Shown here: positions 24,368 through 36,214 of the stretch, piece after piece | Layout of the letters: the number at the start of each line of letters is the position of its first letter | Numbering within the stretch: the first letter of the stretch is position 1 | Origin: Eledone cirrhosa | Lineage: Eukaryota | DNA: 64,000 nt | Assembly: GCA_964016885.1 (NCBI GenBank) | Contig: OZ024745.1 | Location: forward strand, 76,074,001-76,138,000 | Reading direction: 5' to 3' | Position numbers and translations under genes: made by a program | The notes under the pieces: generated by a model | Seen by the model: the letters and a program-made list of their open reading frames with translations, nothing else | What the model was told of the DNA's origin: nothing | The model's database searches: none

Positions 24368-24710
24368 TATATATATAAAAGAAACCTAACCTTTTCTCAA
24401 TTCTCAAGCATTCCTTTCCCCTCTCCTGACTATTATTTCTTATTTCTTGGTTGACTTTTCCTTCTTTTCTCTTTCATTTTCCATTAATAATTTAGTAAAT
24501 CCATAAACATTTTTCATTAATTAATTGAAATAGAGTATATTTCATTAAAACATATGATCATGAAAGAGTTAGAATGTTGATTAGCCCTATTGGCTTCCTT
24601 GTGAGTATTAAGTGAGATAGTTGTTACATTTGCAATTGAATCAATGTCATGTAATTGAACACTAATGTTATGACTCTTATTCCACCTATCCCTTACTCTA
24701 CTGTTATATA

Positions 24711-24787
24711 CAGGGTGTCCTCCAAAATGTATACACACATTTATTATAATGTTGTTGAAGTGTGTATACAATTTTTGGGACACCCTG
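24711..24787. mobile_element. 77-bp Tc1/mariner-type MITE
   Basis: TIRs CAGGGTGTCC..AAAATGTATACACAC / GTGTGTATACAATTTTTGGGACACCCTG, TA on both sides. Confidence 0.75.
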
Positions 24788-25409
24788 TATTAATATTATA
24801 ACAGCATTATAAATACATAAGAAAGATCCTAACAAATGGACACTGATGGAAATTTCAACTTTCAATTAAATTAATTTTACTTGAACTTCGCAGCCAATAC
24901 GTTGAGAAAAGTAAAATCTTTAGGCAAATTTCTCCTTTGCCTAAATGTCCATTCAAAAAGTATTCTACATGTCCCTGCTTCCTTACCAGCAAATGACCAA
25001 TAATTATGAAAAAGAAAATATTTACTGCATTTCATAAACAATGCGTTATAGAGATATCATTCTTTAAGATTTAGCATTTCTTTAGATCAAATAACCATCA
25101 AATATAAAAAATTTATTACAGAACACAAAGGTAATAGCATAATTTGATTTCAGCTGAATTTATTTATTCCATCAATACAAAGTTTTAAGGAAACCTTAGA
25201 AAAAAAGCAGGAAGTTGACAAGTATTCTGAAATTTAAAAATTATATAGTGTAGGTTATATTTGTAATTCCTTTTTAGATTGCTTTCCATTCACACACAGA
25301 CCCCCTTGCCCCCACACACAAACACACACACACTGAATTGCTTGACTAATTGCTATAGAAATAAATTCACATTCTCAATATTTTTCCTTTCTTCCCTTCT
25401 AATAATAAT

Positions 25410-26000
25410 AATTGTTTCTACTTTTGGCACAAGGCCAGCAATTATCCCAGTGTATTACTGGTACTTTATTTTATCGAACTTCGGCGGGATTTGAACTCAG
25501 TCCGTAAAGGGACGTAACTGTGCTTCAAAACATGGCGTCCGACCCTCTACCGATACTGCCAATCCACAGTTTCTGATTTAGGCACAAGGCCAGCAATTTG
25601 AAGGGGAGGGGAGAACCGATTAAATTGACCCCAGTGAGTTACTGGTACTTTATTTTATCGACCTGATAAGGATGAAAGGCAAAGCTAATCTTGGCGGGAT
25701 TTGAACTCAGAACGTAAGGGGCCATAACTCTGCTGCAAAGCATGGTCTTCGGTACTTTACTGATACTGTCAATCCATTGCTCTCCTTCTAATCATAATAA
25801 TTGTTTCTACATTTGGCACAAGGCCAGCAATTATCCCAGTGTATTACTGGTACTTTATTTTATCGACCCCGTAAGGATGTTATTGTATCGACCCCGTAAG
25901 GCAAAGTTAACCTCGGCGGGATTTGAACTCAGACCACAAAAGGCCGTAACTCTTTGCTGGAAAGCATGGCGTCCGACCCTCTACCAATACTGCCAATCCA
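25410..26000 (-). mobile_element. Three SINE copies in tandem
   Basis: SINE reverse complements at ~25410-25568, 25570-25780 and 25797-26000. Confidence 0.85.
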
Positions 26001-27811
26001 ATAATAATAATCATAGTTTAATGTCCACTTTTTCATGTTGTCTGTCAAATGTGAAACCAAACGTATCTTTTTCAGTAGTCTTCCTTCATTCATTTTTGTT
26101 AAGTGTATCTTCCAGTTTCAACTCATAATGTTTGCCTCAGTATACATTACCTATTTGCATTACATGTCCATACCAATGAACAATCCCTGTATAAATTATC
26201 AATGTTTTAACACCCAAGCACTATTTCTTGTGAGTTAACATTTGATGTAGATTTTCTGTTGTGCAGCATCACTCTTATTGTAATCTATATAGTGAAAAAG
26301 TTTATATTTGTTTTCTATGGAGGTGCCAATTCTTGAAACTCTTTCACTCCTCTTGATTCAAACTTGCTTTTAGCACTGATTATGTCACATTAATAGCAGA
26401 AATGAGTTACTACTTTTATTTTCGATTGTTTACTTTAACTATATAATGATGAGTCTCAGTCAACTTCTTGCATATTGAGCAAAGAAATTGAAGAAACTTT
26501 TCCTTTTTAATTGCCAAATATTTGTAACCTTTTTTCTGAAATACTAATACTACATCTTAGGAGCAAAGAGGTCCTGCAGCTTTTCTTGATTTCATGTCCT
26601 AAATTGTTTTATTCACATATACATTTTAATTGATATGTAGACTCCTATGTTAGTTCTTCTTGGAGTAGACACTATTCCATTTATTTTACTTGTTCACAAA
26701 TTTCATGTAAAGTTAGTGTCATGCCTCTTTCTTTTTGTTGTCTTTGAGAGCTAGAACACCAAATTCATTTGTGACACACTTCTGACACCCGGCATACATT
26801 TTTGTTCTGATGTTATCTCACAAATATAAATCATACCTTTCATACAACTTGCATTATAAAACATTAAAAATCTACTATCGGTTTCTTTCACAGATAATTA
26901 AATTTGGAGTTTAGTTTTCTGTCTAGCATCTAGCCATGGTTCCCACATTTCTTTTAAAACTGACTGAATCTTGTACACAGATTGTATCTCCAATAAAGAA
27001 GCCAGGAAATAATATCAGTGCAACCATATTTTGATGTCTGAATTAGTTTATTTAAAGGAAAAATTTGTATAAATATATGTCAAGATTACAGGGGTACCTG
27101 AAACCACTCTACAAAAAGAAGCTTTTGGGGGTAAACTAAAGGTAGCAGAAAGAAGAAGATTTGAGAAGGCAACATTTAAGACAAACACACATTTTGATAA
27201 CACTTTGATCATCATGAAAAATGCTGGTCTAGAAATATTTTAATAGGCTAAAGAAAAAGATTTGAAACTTCTGGAGAGAACTTGGTCATGGGGACTGTGC
27301 CGTAGGCAATTCTCAGCACCTAAATCGATTGTTTTCTTGTCATTTCCAAATTTCTGACCAAACAATGACTCTGAAGCTACAACCCAAGATACTAGAAATC
27401 ACATTAACACAATATTCACTTTCTCACCATATTGTAGACGTAACAGGTCACACATAACAAAGAAACACCATTCTTAAATCATTGACTGGAAATATTGAGA
27501 ATAGGACAAATTCACAATTATAACAATGTACAAAGTAATTGGTTGACCAATATTCAATCCTAAAAGCCTGGTGTGGAGCTCATTAACAACAGACAGCCCA
27601 CAATGTAATACAAGTTGTACAAATACAACTTTTCAAGTAGCTGCAGACACGTTGAGATAAAAATGATGAAAGTACAACCAGTCATATTTTCTGATTTCAC
27701 AATAGTTCAATGCCATAATATAAGTTAATGATATCACCAAATCTTGCCAACTAGCAAAAGAGGTAACTCTCTTCACAAACTTTTACAGAAATCTAATGCA
27801 ATTTAATAATT

Positions 27812-28190
27812 GGTGATGGCAAATGCCCAGATGGGATAACCCTTCTGTTGTAGGTGGTGAACATGTCACAATACATGACCTCCCAGATTAGAGAATCTGG
27901 GAGGTCATGTGTTGTGACATGTTCACCACTTCCAATTTTGTGTCTTCGGCCACAAACCTGGGCAATTTTACCCATAATACAGAGGAACTGAAGATAGCTA
28001 AATGCTGGGACTTGTCTAACTTCTTTTTCATGCCAAATACTGTTGAGACCTCTGGTGTTTTCGGTCCCTGACCTGCCATTTTCCAATTTGGAGGCATGCA
28101 CCCCACCTGAGAAAGGAGCCATGTGAGGGGAGTGGCTGATGCAGCGGGTGTTGCCGGCTGTTCTCTACAGCAATGCCTTCACCATTTTGT
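27812..28190 (+). mobile_element. Decayed CRE-like RLE fragment containing a fold-back hairpin
   Basis: GDGKCPDGITL..IWEVMCCDMFTTSNFVSSATNLG..VETSGVFGP aligns with the 17.5-18.3 kb fragment. Confidence 0.7.
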
Positions 28191-28536
28191 TTGTGGGATG
28201 TAACTGAGATATCACCTAGACTGGGGTGTAGAGTCTGCCACTCCCCCCATCTTCTTAATTTCGTTATTCAAATTTTTTCTTTTTTGTTTTTATTGCAAAT
28301 ATTATATAATTCAATTGAAATTTGTTGAATAAAGTATTAATTTACATTTAATAATTTGATGATCCTCATGTTGGAGAACATGTTGGAGAACATATTCTAT
28401 CAAAATATAAGTGTATATAAGTAGGGATCTTATAAATAAACTTGAGAGTGTATATAAGACAGATCTTTACTATAGCTATGTCATTCATTTCTATGATATA
28501 TTTGCAAGATTTTTGATATGAAATCGTGTGTTGAAA

Positions 28537-28841
28537 CAGATACTGTTATATTTAGGAAGGGTCATGTTGTTCTAACATTGCCAGAAAAATATAGTAAAAA
28601 ACACTCAATATTTGGTTTGGTTTTGCTCCAGTATATTTTTATATTTATATCTATATTTATATTCATATTTATATTTTTTAACTGTTGATCAATCAATGAT
28701 AAACATTGATTGCCAGTTGAATTATTTATAGAAATATAAAAATATACTGAAGCGAAATCCAAACCAAACAGTGAGTGTGTTTTACTATATTTTTCTGGCA
28801 ATATTAAAACAACATGACCCTCCCCAAATATAACAATATCT
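28537..28841. mobile_element. MITE-like element with long (~110 bp) imperfect terminal inverted repeats
   Basis: 28537-28650 is the approximate reverse complement of 28730-28841. Confidence 0.7.
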
Positions 28842-29423
28842 ATATAATATGTATTTGTTTATTACAGATTTCTTTCATATATGGTATAAATTATCTGTTA
28901 GTAGTAATTCAATCTGGAACTAGTAAAATTTTTGTGCTATTATTTTCCTGTTTTATATATTTTTATGGTTTACAGTATATTTTTTACTGTTGTAATCTTT
29001 CATTATCTTAAGAGCTACTGGTGTCTCTCCCTGACACTCTCTTCTCCTGTCTATCACTCCATGTATGTTTTTCTCAATAGCTTCATCTGAAAAATTATCT
29101 AAGCATGTAAATCTGCCATGCTGGCATTGGCAACTCCAATACATGACACATTTATTCTTTTATTGTTTAGTGGTCTCAGATATTAGACTGTGGTCAAATT
29201 GGGGGATTTAGTCAATCATATCAACCCCAGTATAGATCTAAAAAAAAATGGTACTTATTTTATTATATGTGCTGGGTTATAAAATAGCAGCCCAGGCATC
29301 CATCACCTATCAAGTTAGCCAATTGTTCATTAGTAACTTATCTGAGAAAAATCAAGGCTCAGCCCATTTTCACTTCAATCTATGTGCAGCGGCTATGACT
29401 TTGGATTTATATATTTTTTCAAC

Positions 29424-29454
<31 letters not shown>

Positions 29455-29458
29455 CCTT

Positions 29459-29528
29459 TAACCCTTTAGCATATACATTACTCTATATATACTATTGTAT
29501 TTTTGTGGTAAAGGCTTTACCTCACATA
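29459..29528 (-). mobile_element. Partial piggyBac-like MITE (one end)
   Basis: TTAACCCTTTAGCATATACATTAC is the reverse complement of the right end of the 32821-33022 element. Confidence 0.7.
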
Positions 29529-29529
29529 G

Positions 29530-29725
29530 AGCATCGAAAACCATGCTTTGCAGCATAGAGCTACAGTCCTTTATGATCTGAGTTTAAATGAAGCCAAGGT
29601 TAGCTTTGCCTTTCATCCTTACGGGGTCGATAAAATAAAGCACCAGTAATGCACTGGGGTCAATTTAATCGACTTTCTTCTCTCCCCAAATTGCTGGCCT
29701 CGTGCCTATAGCAGAAATCATTATT
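29530..29725 (+). mobile_element. tRNA-derived SINE
   Basis: SINE core CTTTGCCTTTCATCCTTACGGGGTCGATAAAATAAAG. Confidence 0.8.
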
Positions 29726-29809
29726 TCTGTTTGAAAAGAAGTGATAACAGAAATGATAGAATATCATTTGACATATAAAATACTGAAATCAAACTGTGGC
29801 AAACAGTAC

Positions 29810-30033
29810 TCGAGTCAACATCTCAGGCAGACAAAATAGAGTCAACATCTCAAGCAGCCAGAATAGAGTCAACATCTCAAGCAGCCAGAATCGAGTCAAC
29901 ATCTCAGGCAGACAAAATAGAGTCAACATCTCAAGCAGCCAGAATAGAGTCAACATCTCAAGCAGCCAGAATAGAGTCAACATCTCAAGCAGCCAGAATA
30001 GAGTCAACATCTCAAGCAGCCAGAATAGAGTTG
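29810..30033. repeat. 27-bp minisatellite, ~8 units
   Basis: AGAGTCAACATCTCAAGCAGCCAGAAT plus variant CGAGTCAACATCTCAGGCAGACAAAAT; no spacers. Confidence 0.92.
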
Positions 30034-30949
30034 ATATATAAAGTGTTGTTGTAGTGATAGCAATATCCATTTTCTGCTTAAACAAACCTTGTCGGTATTT
30101 GCCAACTAATCATAATCTTCTTTTGACCTGTCAACACAGATAGAAAATATGTCACCACCTTCCTTGTAGGTTTTGGCATGAAGACCATGTTCAAGAAAGA
30201 TCTAGAACATTCTATATCATGTGATCTCTTTTTATAAATAGCATAGGTTGATAAATTTTAGAATTGTCAGTTTGACAAGACCAATATGACAACCATCACT
30301 CAAGGAATTAACTTCAATAAATGAACGAACACAAACACATAAAAACCAACCTGCACGCTACAAATTTAAGTCTTTACAAATAATGATTTCGACTGTACAA
30401 TAAACTTAAGTGTTATGTTTATCAATTCTTATTTTATTTTGATGTATATACAACAATCTTGAAATTGTACTAAATAGCGGAATATAATTTCCATTATCTT
30501 TCTAAAAACATTTAATTTTCTTTGGGGTCCACGATTAAGGGATTATGAAACAATTCAAATGTAAATAAGACAGTGTCATAGACAAATAGTTGTGATCTAT
30601 CTATTAAAAAACAAAACAACACAAAAAAACTTCCAAACTTGTGAAAATCACAGGACTGAGGAGCTTTCTTTTATTTCAACTTGGATTTAAGTGGGTTGAA
30701 TATGATACTATATCAACCAACATTTACAATGTATCATCCAAAACCATATGGTAAACAAAACAAAAAAGAGAATTTTCTGTTCTTCGTCAAATACATCAGA
30801 CAATTGGAAAGGAAATTCCGTATGTACATTGCTTTAGTTACATTTGGCTGTACCTCATGTGATTGAAAGCATTAATGACATAGAATTATTAAAAAAATAA
30901 ATACTATTAATTATTGCTAGGAACCTTATAAATATAATGTACAAAAATA

Positions 30950-31273
30950 CAGGGTGTCGCTCAAAAATGTATACACACTTTGATCACATGTACAGGCAAT
31001 ATTTATTAGAATGCACAGCCTTTCCTAAAAATAAAATGATCTAGACATAATTCAATTGTATGTAAACACCCAAAAATGTTTACATAATTTAAATAATTGT
31101 TTCTAGTTTTGGCACAAGGCCAGCAATTCACCAGTGTATTACTGGTACTTTATTTTATCAACCCCATAAGGATGAAAGGCAAAGTTAACATAATTTAAAT
31201 AATGCATAAAAAACAATTTATTTTAATGCATTTTTTTAAAGATTTTTGTGTATACATTTTTGGGGTGACACTG
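30950..31273. mobile_element. Tc1/mariner-type MITE (same TIR family as 24711-24787) containing a SINE fragment
   Basis: TA-CAGGGTGTCGCTCAAAAATGTATACACA ... TGTGTATACATTTTTGGGGTGACACTG. Confidence 0.65.
31098..31187 (-). mobile_element. 5'-truncated SINE with 16-bp TSD
   Basis: ACATAATTTAAATAAT at 31082-31097 and 31188-31203. Confidence 0.8.
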
Positions 31274-31293
31274 TTTATGATCAAAGCGAGAAT

Positions 31294-31591
31294 AAAAAAA
31301 ACATCAATTCACTCCCAAGTGTGTTAATTGGTCTCACATTCCACAAGTGTCATTGCAAATTGTTGAGGCAAGCCAACACGCTCATAGCATTACTGCAGGT
31401 GATGGTGAGGCTAAAGTGCTGAAACAACTAAACGCCTTCACGAACATCACCTGACACCTAGATAAGTTGAGCTGCTAATGACAACAATAACTTCACTGTG
31501 AGCACCAAACGTCTCGAATGTCACAGACTGGAAAAAATAGTTATTTGATTATTCCTGGTATTTTAGGATTATTCCATTCGGCTACGGAAGC
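31294..31591 (-). ncRNA. Putative ~300-nt Pol III structured RNA or rare SINE, copy 1
   Basis: A-box TAGCCGAATGG (31574-31584), B-box-like ATTCGAGAC (31511-31519), conserved stems, terminal T run; homologous to 33945-34279. Confidence 0.45.
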
Positions 31592-31680
31592 AGTGACGAA
31601 CTATGCATTGCCAAACATTACATTTTTAAAAAATATTACTTCCAAGAAGCTGTCAGAAATCTGTTCACCACTATATCCAG

Positions 31681-31882
31681 TTAACTTAGCATTTAAACCA
31701 GCCATATCCCACCAGAACTCTCTCACCTCTTTCTGTTCAAACTTGCTGCTCATACTTGATGTTAAGGTATTGTTCTCAAAATAAATAATATCGAACTGTC
31801 ATAGATTCGATACTACGTGAGATAAAGCGTTTACTATGAAAATACAATAGTAAATATAAAGTAATGTAAATGCTAAAGGGTT
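31681..31882 (+). mobile_element. piggyBac-like MITE
   Basis: Homologous to 32821-33022; decayed TTAA/CCC termini. Confidence 0.7.
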
Positions 31883-32071
31883 TGCTTTTCCAGATATCTA
31901 CAAACTATATGCTTCATATTCCCTCACATTCACTGAAAGTAATGCTTCTTGTGAATCATTTTTCTCTATTGTAACTTGTTCTTACACCCTATCAGCATTT
32001 TGTGACACAAGAGCGAGCTTATACTTGCTTACATAGGTTAATACTCCCCCGCCCCCGTTTATTAGATTTTG

Positions 32072-32360
32072 CTTCTTCTTCTTCTTCTTTGCCCAATTAT
32101 TCCTGAGAAGGTTGTGGGGGCAGAGTCTTCAAACACTCCTAGCGGGTCCTGTCAGAAGTAATTGTCGCCAACTGATCCAGCTGGATCCCCAAGCGAGATC
32201 ATCTAAGCTCAAAGATGTTATACAACCATCTTGCTCGGGGTCTACGCCTGGGTCTCCTGCCAATTGATTTTGCCTGTAAAATCGGTCCAGCGATTCTTTC
32301 CCGAGATATTCTAACCACATGCTCATAGTATCGGAGCTGTGATCTCTCAATTCGGAAAGT
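32072..32360 (-). mobile_element. 3' fragment of an Expander/Rex3-like RTE with (GAA)n tail
   Basis: Minus translation RIERSQLRYYEHVVR..GRRPRRRPRARW..RLGI..LPPQP. Confidence 0.7.
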
Positions 32361-32820
32361 GGGGGTGATATCACAGCAGTGGTATATGTATTTAAGACTG
32401 CTAATCTATATCCAGCGAAATTTTATTTTAAGTGGTAGCATTCCTGCGACAATTAATTTTCTTTAGACATTAAAAAATATTATACATGACAAAAAAAGTA
32501 CATTATTAGAAATCATATACGTTATAAAATAAATAGGATGGGTTGGGGTCTCAATATGTAAATTGTTTAAAAAATCAATGGAGACAACCTAGAAAATTTA
32601 CCGATCCCCACCTCCGCTTATTCCAACACCCCGCTTACCCCCCCCCTCGCCGCTTATTCCACACTCCCTGTTATTTGGGATCCGAAAGAAAACTAAATAT
32701 TGGAAAGTTTAACATTTCTGTTCTAAGTCAAGAAGAATTACAATTATTTTAATGCAGTTCTGATAAATGTAATATTTGTATCATTACTTAAATTTTATTC
32801 AGTTGTATAAATAACATTAA

Positions 32821-33022
32821 CCCTTTAATGTTCAAACCGTCCAGAATTCTCTACCTCTTTCTGTAGAAACTGGTCGCTCAAACTGATGTTAAGGTATTGT
32901 TCTCAAAATAAATACTTTCAAAATCTCATAGATTCGATATTATGTGAGATAATTATGCGAGGTAAAGCCTTTACCATGAAAATATAATAGTATATATATA
33001 GAGTAATGTGAATGCTAGAGGG
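32821..33022 (+). mobile_element. piggyBac-like MITE (~200 bp, TTAA TSD)
   Basis: TTAA-CCCTTTA ... TAGAGGG-TTAA. Confidence 0.8.
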
Positions 33023-33494
33023 TTAAAAATATGTTTTAAATATCTAAACTATAATAAAGTAAGGAGTGCGGGACTGCGTCCAGCATATATTTTTTTTTAT
33101 CCCGTTTGTAAAATAAGTTGGATTACTTTGAATAAATAATGAATGAATATTACATAATTTATCTACTAAATTTCGTTATTCTTGATTAAATATAAATAAT
33201 TTTGTTGTTTATTTTAAGATTCACTTTTTTAAAATTTTCAAATATCAACACTTCCGGTTAGCGATCGCTTAAATAAACATTCATGTATTTCCGTCACTAA
33301 TTTTCTCCTAATGCAGTTTATATATAATATCGTCTTTTTTTAATGTATTATGGATTACGTTACTGATTACATAAGACAGTGTAACGCAGTCTTCGTTCAA
33401 TTTCTGTTTATATTGTCAATTACGATTTTATTTGATGTATCATATCTACATGCATATATACTTGCGTATAATATCGATATGCACACTACACATG

Positions 33495-33720
33495 CTAGCA
33501 GAAAAACCACCCGAAGGGTGGTTTTTCTGCTAGTATACATAAATAACATTACAAATACGTAAATAACATTTTTTCTGCTAGTATACAATAAATAACATTT
33601 TCTGCTAGTATACATAAATAACATTACAAATACGTAAATAACATTTTTTCTGCTAGTATACAATAAATAACATTTTCTGCTAGTATACATAAATAACATT
33701 ACAAATACGTAAATAACATT
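33495..33720. repeat. Perfect 18-bp hairpin followed by a 48+27-bp composite tandem array
   Basis: CTAGCAGAAAAACCACCC-GAA-GGGTGGTTTTTCTGCTAG; CTGCTAG recurs at 33527, 33575, 33602, 33650 and 33677. Confidence 0.9.
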
Positions 33721-33759
33721 ATAAATTGCTCGCAATTCGTTCAGAAGAACATTACAAAT

Positions 33760-33880
33760 ATAATTGTTTCTACTTTTGGAAATTACCAGCAATTACCTCA
33801 GTGCATTACTGGTGCTTTATTTTATCGACTCCGTAAGGATGAAAGGCAAAGCCAACCTCGACGGGACTTGAACTCAGAAT
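33760..33880 (-). mobile_element. 5'-truncated SINE
   Basis: SINE core reverse complement. Confidence 0.8.
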
Positions 33881-33944
33881 GTGTCGTTAATAAACACATA
33901 TAAACGCGTAAAAGAAAGAGAGAGAAAAAAAGGGTAGGGAGCAC

Positions 33945-34279
33945 AAAAAAAAAAAAAAAGACCATCAATTCACCACCAAGTGCGACAATCGGCCGTACAT
34001 CACATCATAAAGGTTAACTAAACACTTTGAAGCAAGCCAACACGCTCGCAGCATTGCTACAGGTGATGGCGAGGCGAAGTGCTGAAACAACCAAGCACCC
34101 TTACAGGCATCACCTGTCACCTTAGTAGGGTGAGCCGCCAGCAATAAGAACTTCACTGTCAAACGTCTCGAATGCCGCACGCGGGAAAAGATAATTACTT
34201 GATAAATCCACTGAAGTAGCTGATGTATTTTAATTAAGAATTAATGCTGATGTATTTCAATTAAGAAGCTACTGAACGC
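33945..34279 (-). ncRNA. Putative Pol III structured RNA or rare SINE, copy 2
   Basis: Diverged homolog of 31294-31591; B-box-like motif at 34165-34173; A box split by a ~52-bp insertion; T15 run at the 3' end. Confidence 0.45.
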
Positions 34280-35017
34280 ACATATAAACAGAATGGTTAG
34301 CTGGTTAAATCTATGTTCTTGCCATCTAAGACATTGGAGTTTAGAAGTAAACAAAATCGTAAACTGATAGAACTCTGATACTTTGGTAAACTAATTATAT
34401 TTATTTCTTCAACACCTCCCCAAACATAATTTAACAAAAGCAAACAAGCAAAAATCTATAAATATTCGTTTTAACTTTGTCTTATGTAAATACTATTTTC
34501 TCATTATAATTAATTAATCAAATACATTTCACTTTAATTTATCACGTTGAAAAATTCAATTGAATTTTAGTAGGATCTTCTTATCTCTCTCTCTTTTTTT
34601 TTTCAAAGTTAATCTTTATTTATTATTTTTTTTTTTTTTTTTTGTGTGGGGTTTTTGTGTTTTGAATTAAAACTTTCTTTGAAGAAGTTAACACAAAAGA
34701 ATAACATATTTTCCATACTTTCCTTTTGGAAAGAACTCTGATGTCAAGAGCTGAAGAAAAGAAAAAGAATCTTTTATTCTTATAACTTTGCTTTTCTTTT
34801 AACATGTTATTATTAAAAGAAAAAGAAAATAAAGCACCAGTTATACACTGGGATAATTGCTGGCCTTGTGCCAAATGTAGAAACAATTATTAAAAGAAAA
34901 AAAAAACCACCCTAAAAGCTGTCAAATTTGTCATAAGTTAACTAATATATTAAAGGTAGTATATTGAATGTACTGCTATAATATAGGAAATATATAAGGA
35001 TGTAATTTTTTTATTTA

Positions 35018-35513
35018 CCGTATATGCCGGCATACAAGTGGACATTTGAAGCCTAAAAATATCTCTCCAAAATCAGGGGTCGAGTTGTCCACCGAATATA
35101 AAACGTGAACCTTTATCATTGAGGGGTAAACAGTGAAACTCATTGTACACCACTTACCATAACTCTAACAGCCTACCACAATAATTTCCTACTGAATCTC
35201 ATATTTGTTAAGTCTATTTAACCTAGAGATTATAATAATATCAATGACTTGCTTTAGCTCATGGGGTAGGTTACTATAGGTTCTTTAAGGTTAGGCTAGG
35301 TGGTTTACTCAGTGAGTTAGAACTCACAACTGAAGTGTTTTAAAAGAAGTGTCTTAGTCTTTAGCGCGCCACTAAATTTTTTTGAATTATTTCCCCTGCA
35401 ACTGCCTTATTTTGGGGAGGTCGTCTTATCCGGCAAATATAGGCCTGAATTATACTTCAGAATTTTAGGGATTGACCTATGCACTGGATCGATTTGTACA
35501 CCAGCATATATGG
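35018..35513. mobile_element. pogo/Tigger-like MITE
   Basis: TA-CCGTATATGCCGGCATACAA ... TTGTACACCAGCATATATGG-TA. Confidence 0.7.
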
Positions 35514-36214
35514 TAATTCCTCTTTCAAAGAAGTTAGTTTCTATCTTTTTAATCGACAATACCAGCTTCAGACGATGGAGGCAAGGAACAGCTGCACGTA
35601 ATTATAGATGAGAGAAATCCCAGCAGGTTAACTTGGTTAGAAAGAGTAATTGGAGACATTTTAAATTCCTTTGTAAAATGTTTAGTAAAAAAAAAAAAAA
35701 TCTTTGTGTATTAGAGTCTTTAAAACTGTGAGTAGCTTGATATAAAATATAGTACAAATTGATAATAAACATTACTAAGGAATTACTTTAGAAGTTTTGT
35801 CTTGTTTGCCTTTACTAACAGGCAGACTGGCACAAACTACTAAATATTTAGTATCAACACATTAAAATTACTAATAAGAACCAACTATAAATCAAAATTA
35901 ACATAATACTAATTGTTATAACATTTTTTTGTTGGTTTGTTTTTTTGATAATCTTCGTACAAATTCTTGTTTTTTTGTTCTTAAAAAAACCTTCATTTAT
36001 TGCCTCCCTTTCCAACTTGGCCTGCCTCCCATAGTTCCACCGCTCTTGATATATATTATATGGATTACATTTGTTCTGAATGAATGACTACCATTTCACT
36101 CTCTCCTCTCTCTCATTCAAGTTCATTTAATTACTTGTTCATATACAAACAAACAATAACACTCTTAAACTACCACAAAACACTGTAAACAACAAACAAA
36201 CAAACATTATATAG

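Noticed and set aside
26040-27720. Possible ancient LINE relic on the minus strand (GQPIT/CYNC-like bits)
   Set aside because: Too degenerate to support by eye; needs a translated HMM search
29810-30033. CRISPR-like array
   Set aside because: Repeats are contiguous with no unique spacers, and the context is eukaryotic
33495-33533. Rho-independent terminator
   Set aside because: Eukaryotic repeat context with no upstream gene; the Helitron-end interpretation fits better
31294-34279. Assignment of the duplicated RNA-like sequence to SRP, 7SK, U3, RNase P/MRP or telomerase RNA
   Set aside because: None of the diagnostic motifs I know (SRP helix 8, GATC pairs, U3 boxes, P4 motifs, CTAACCCT template) are present
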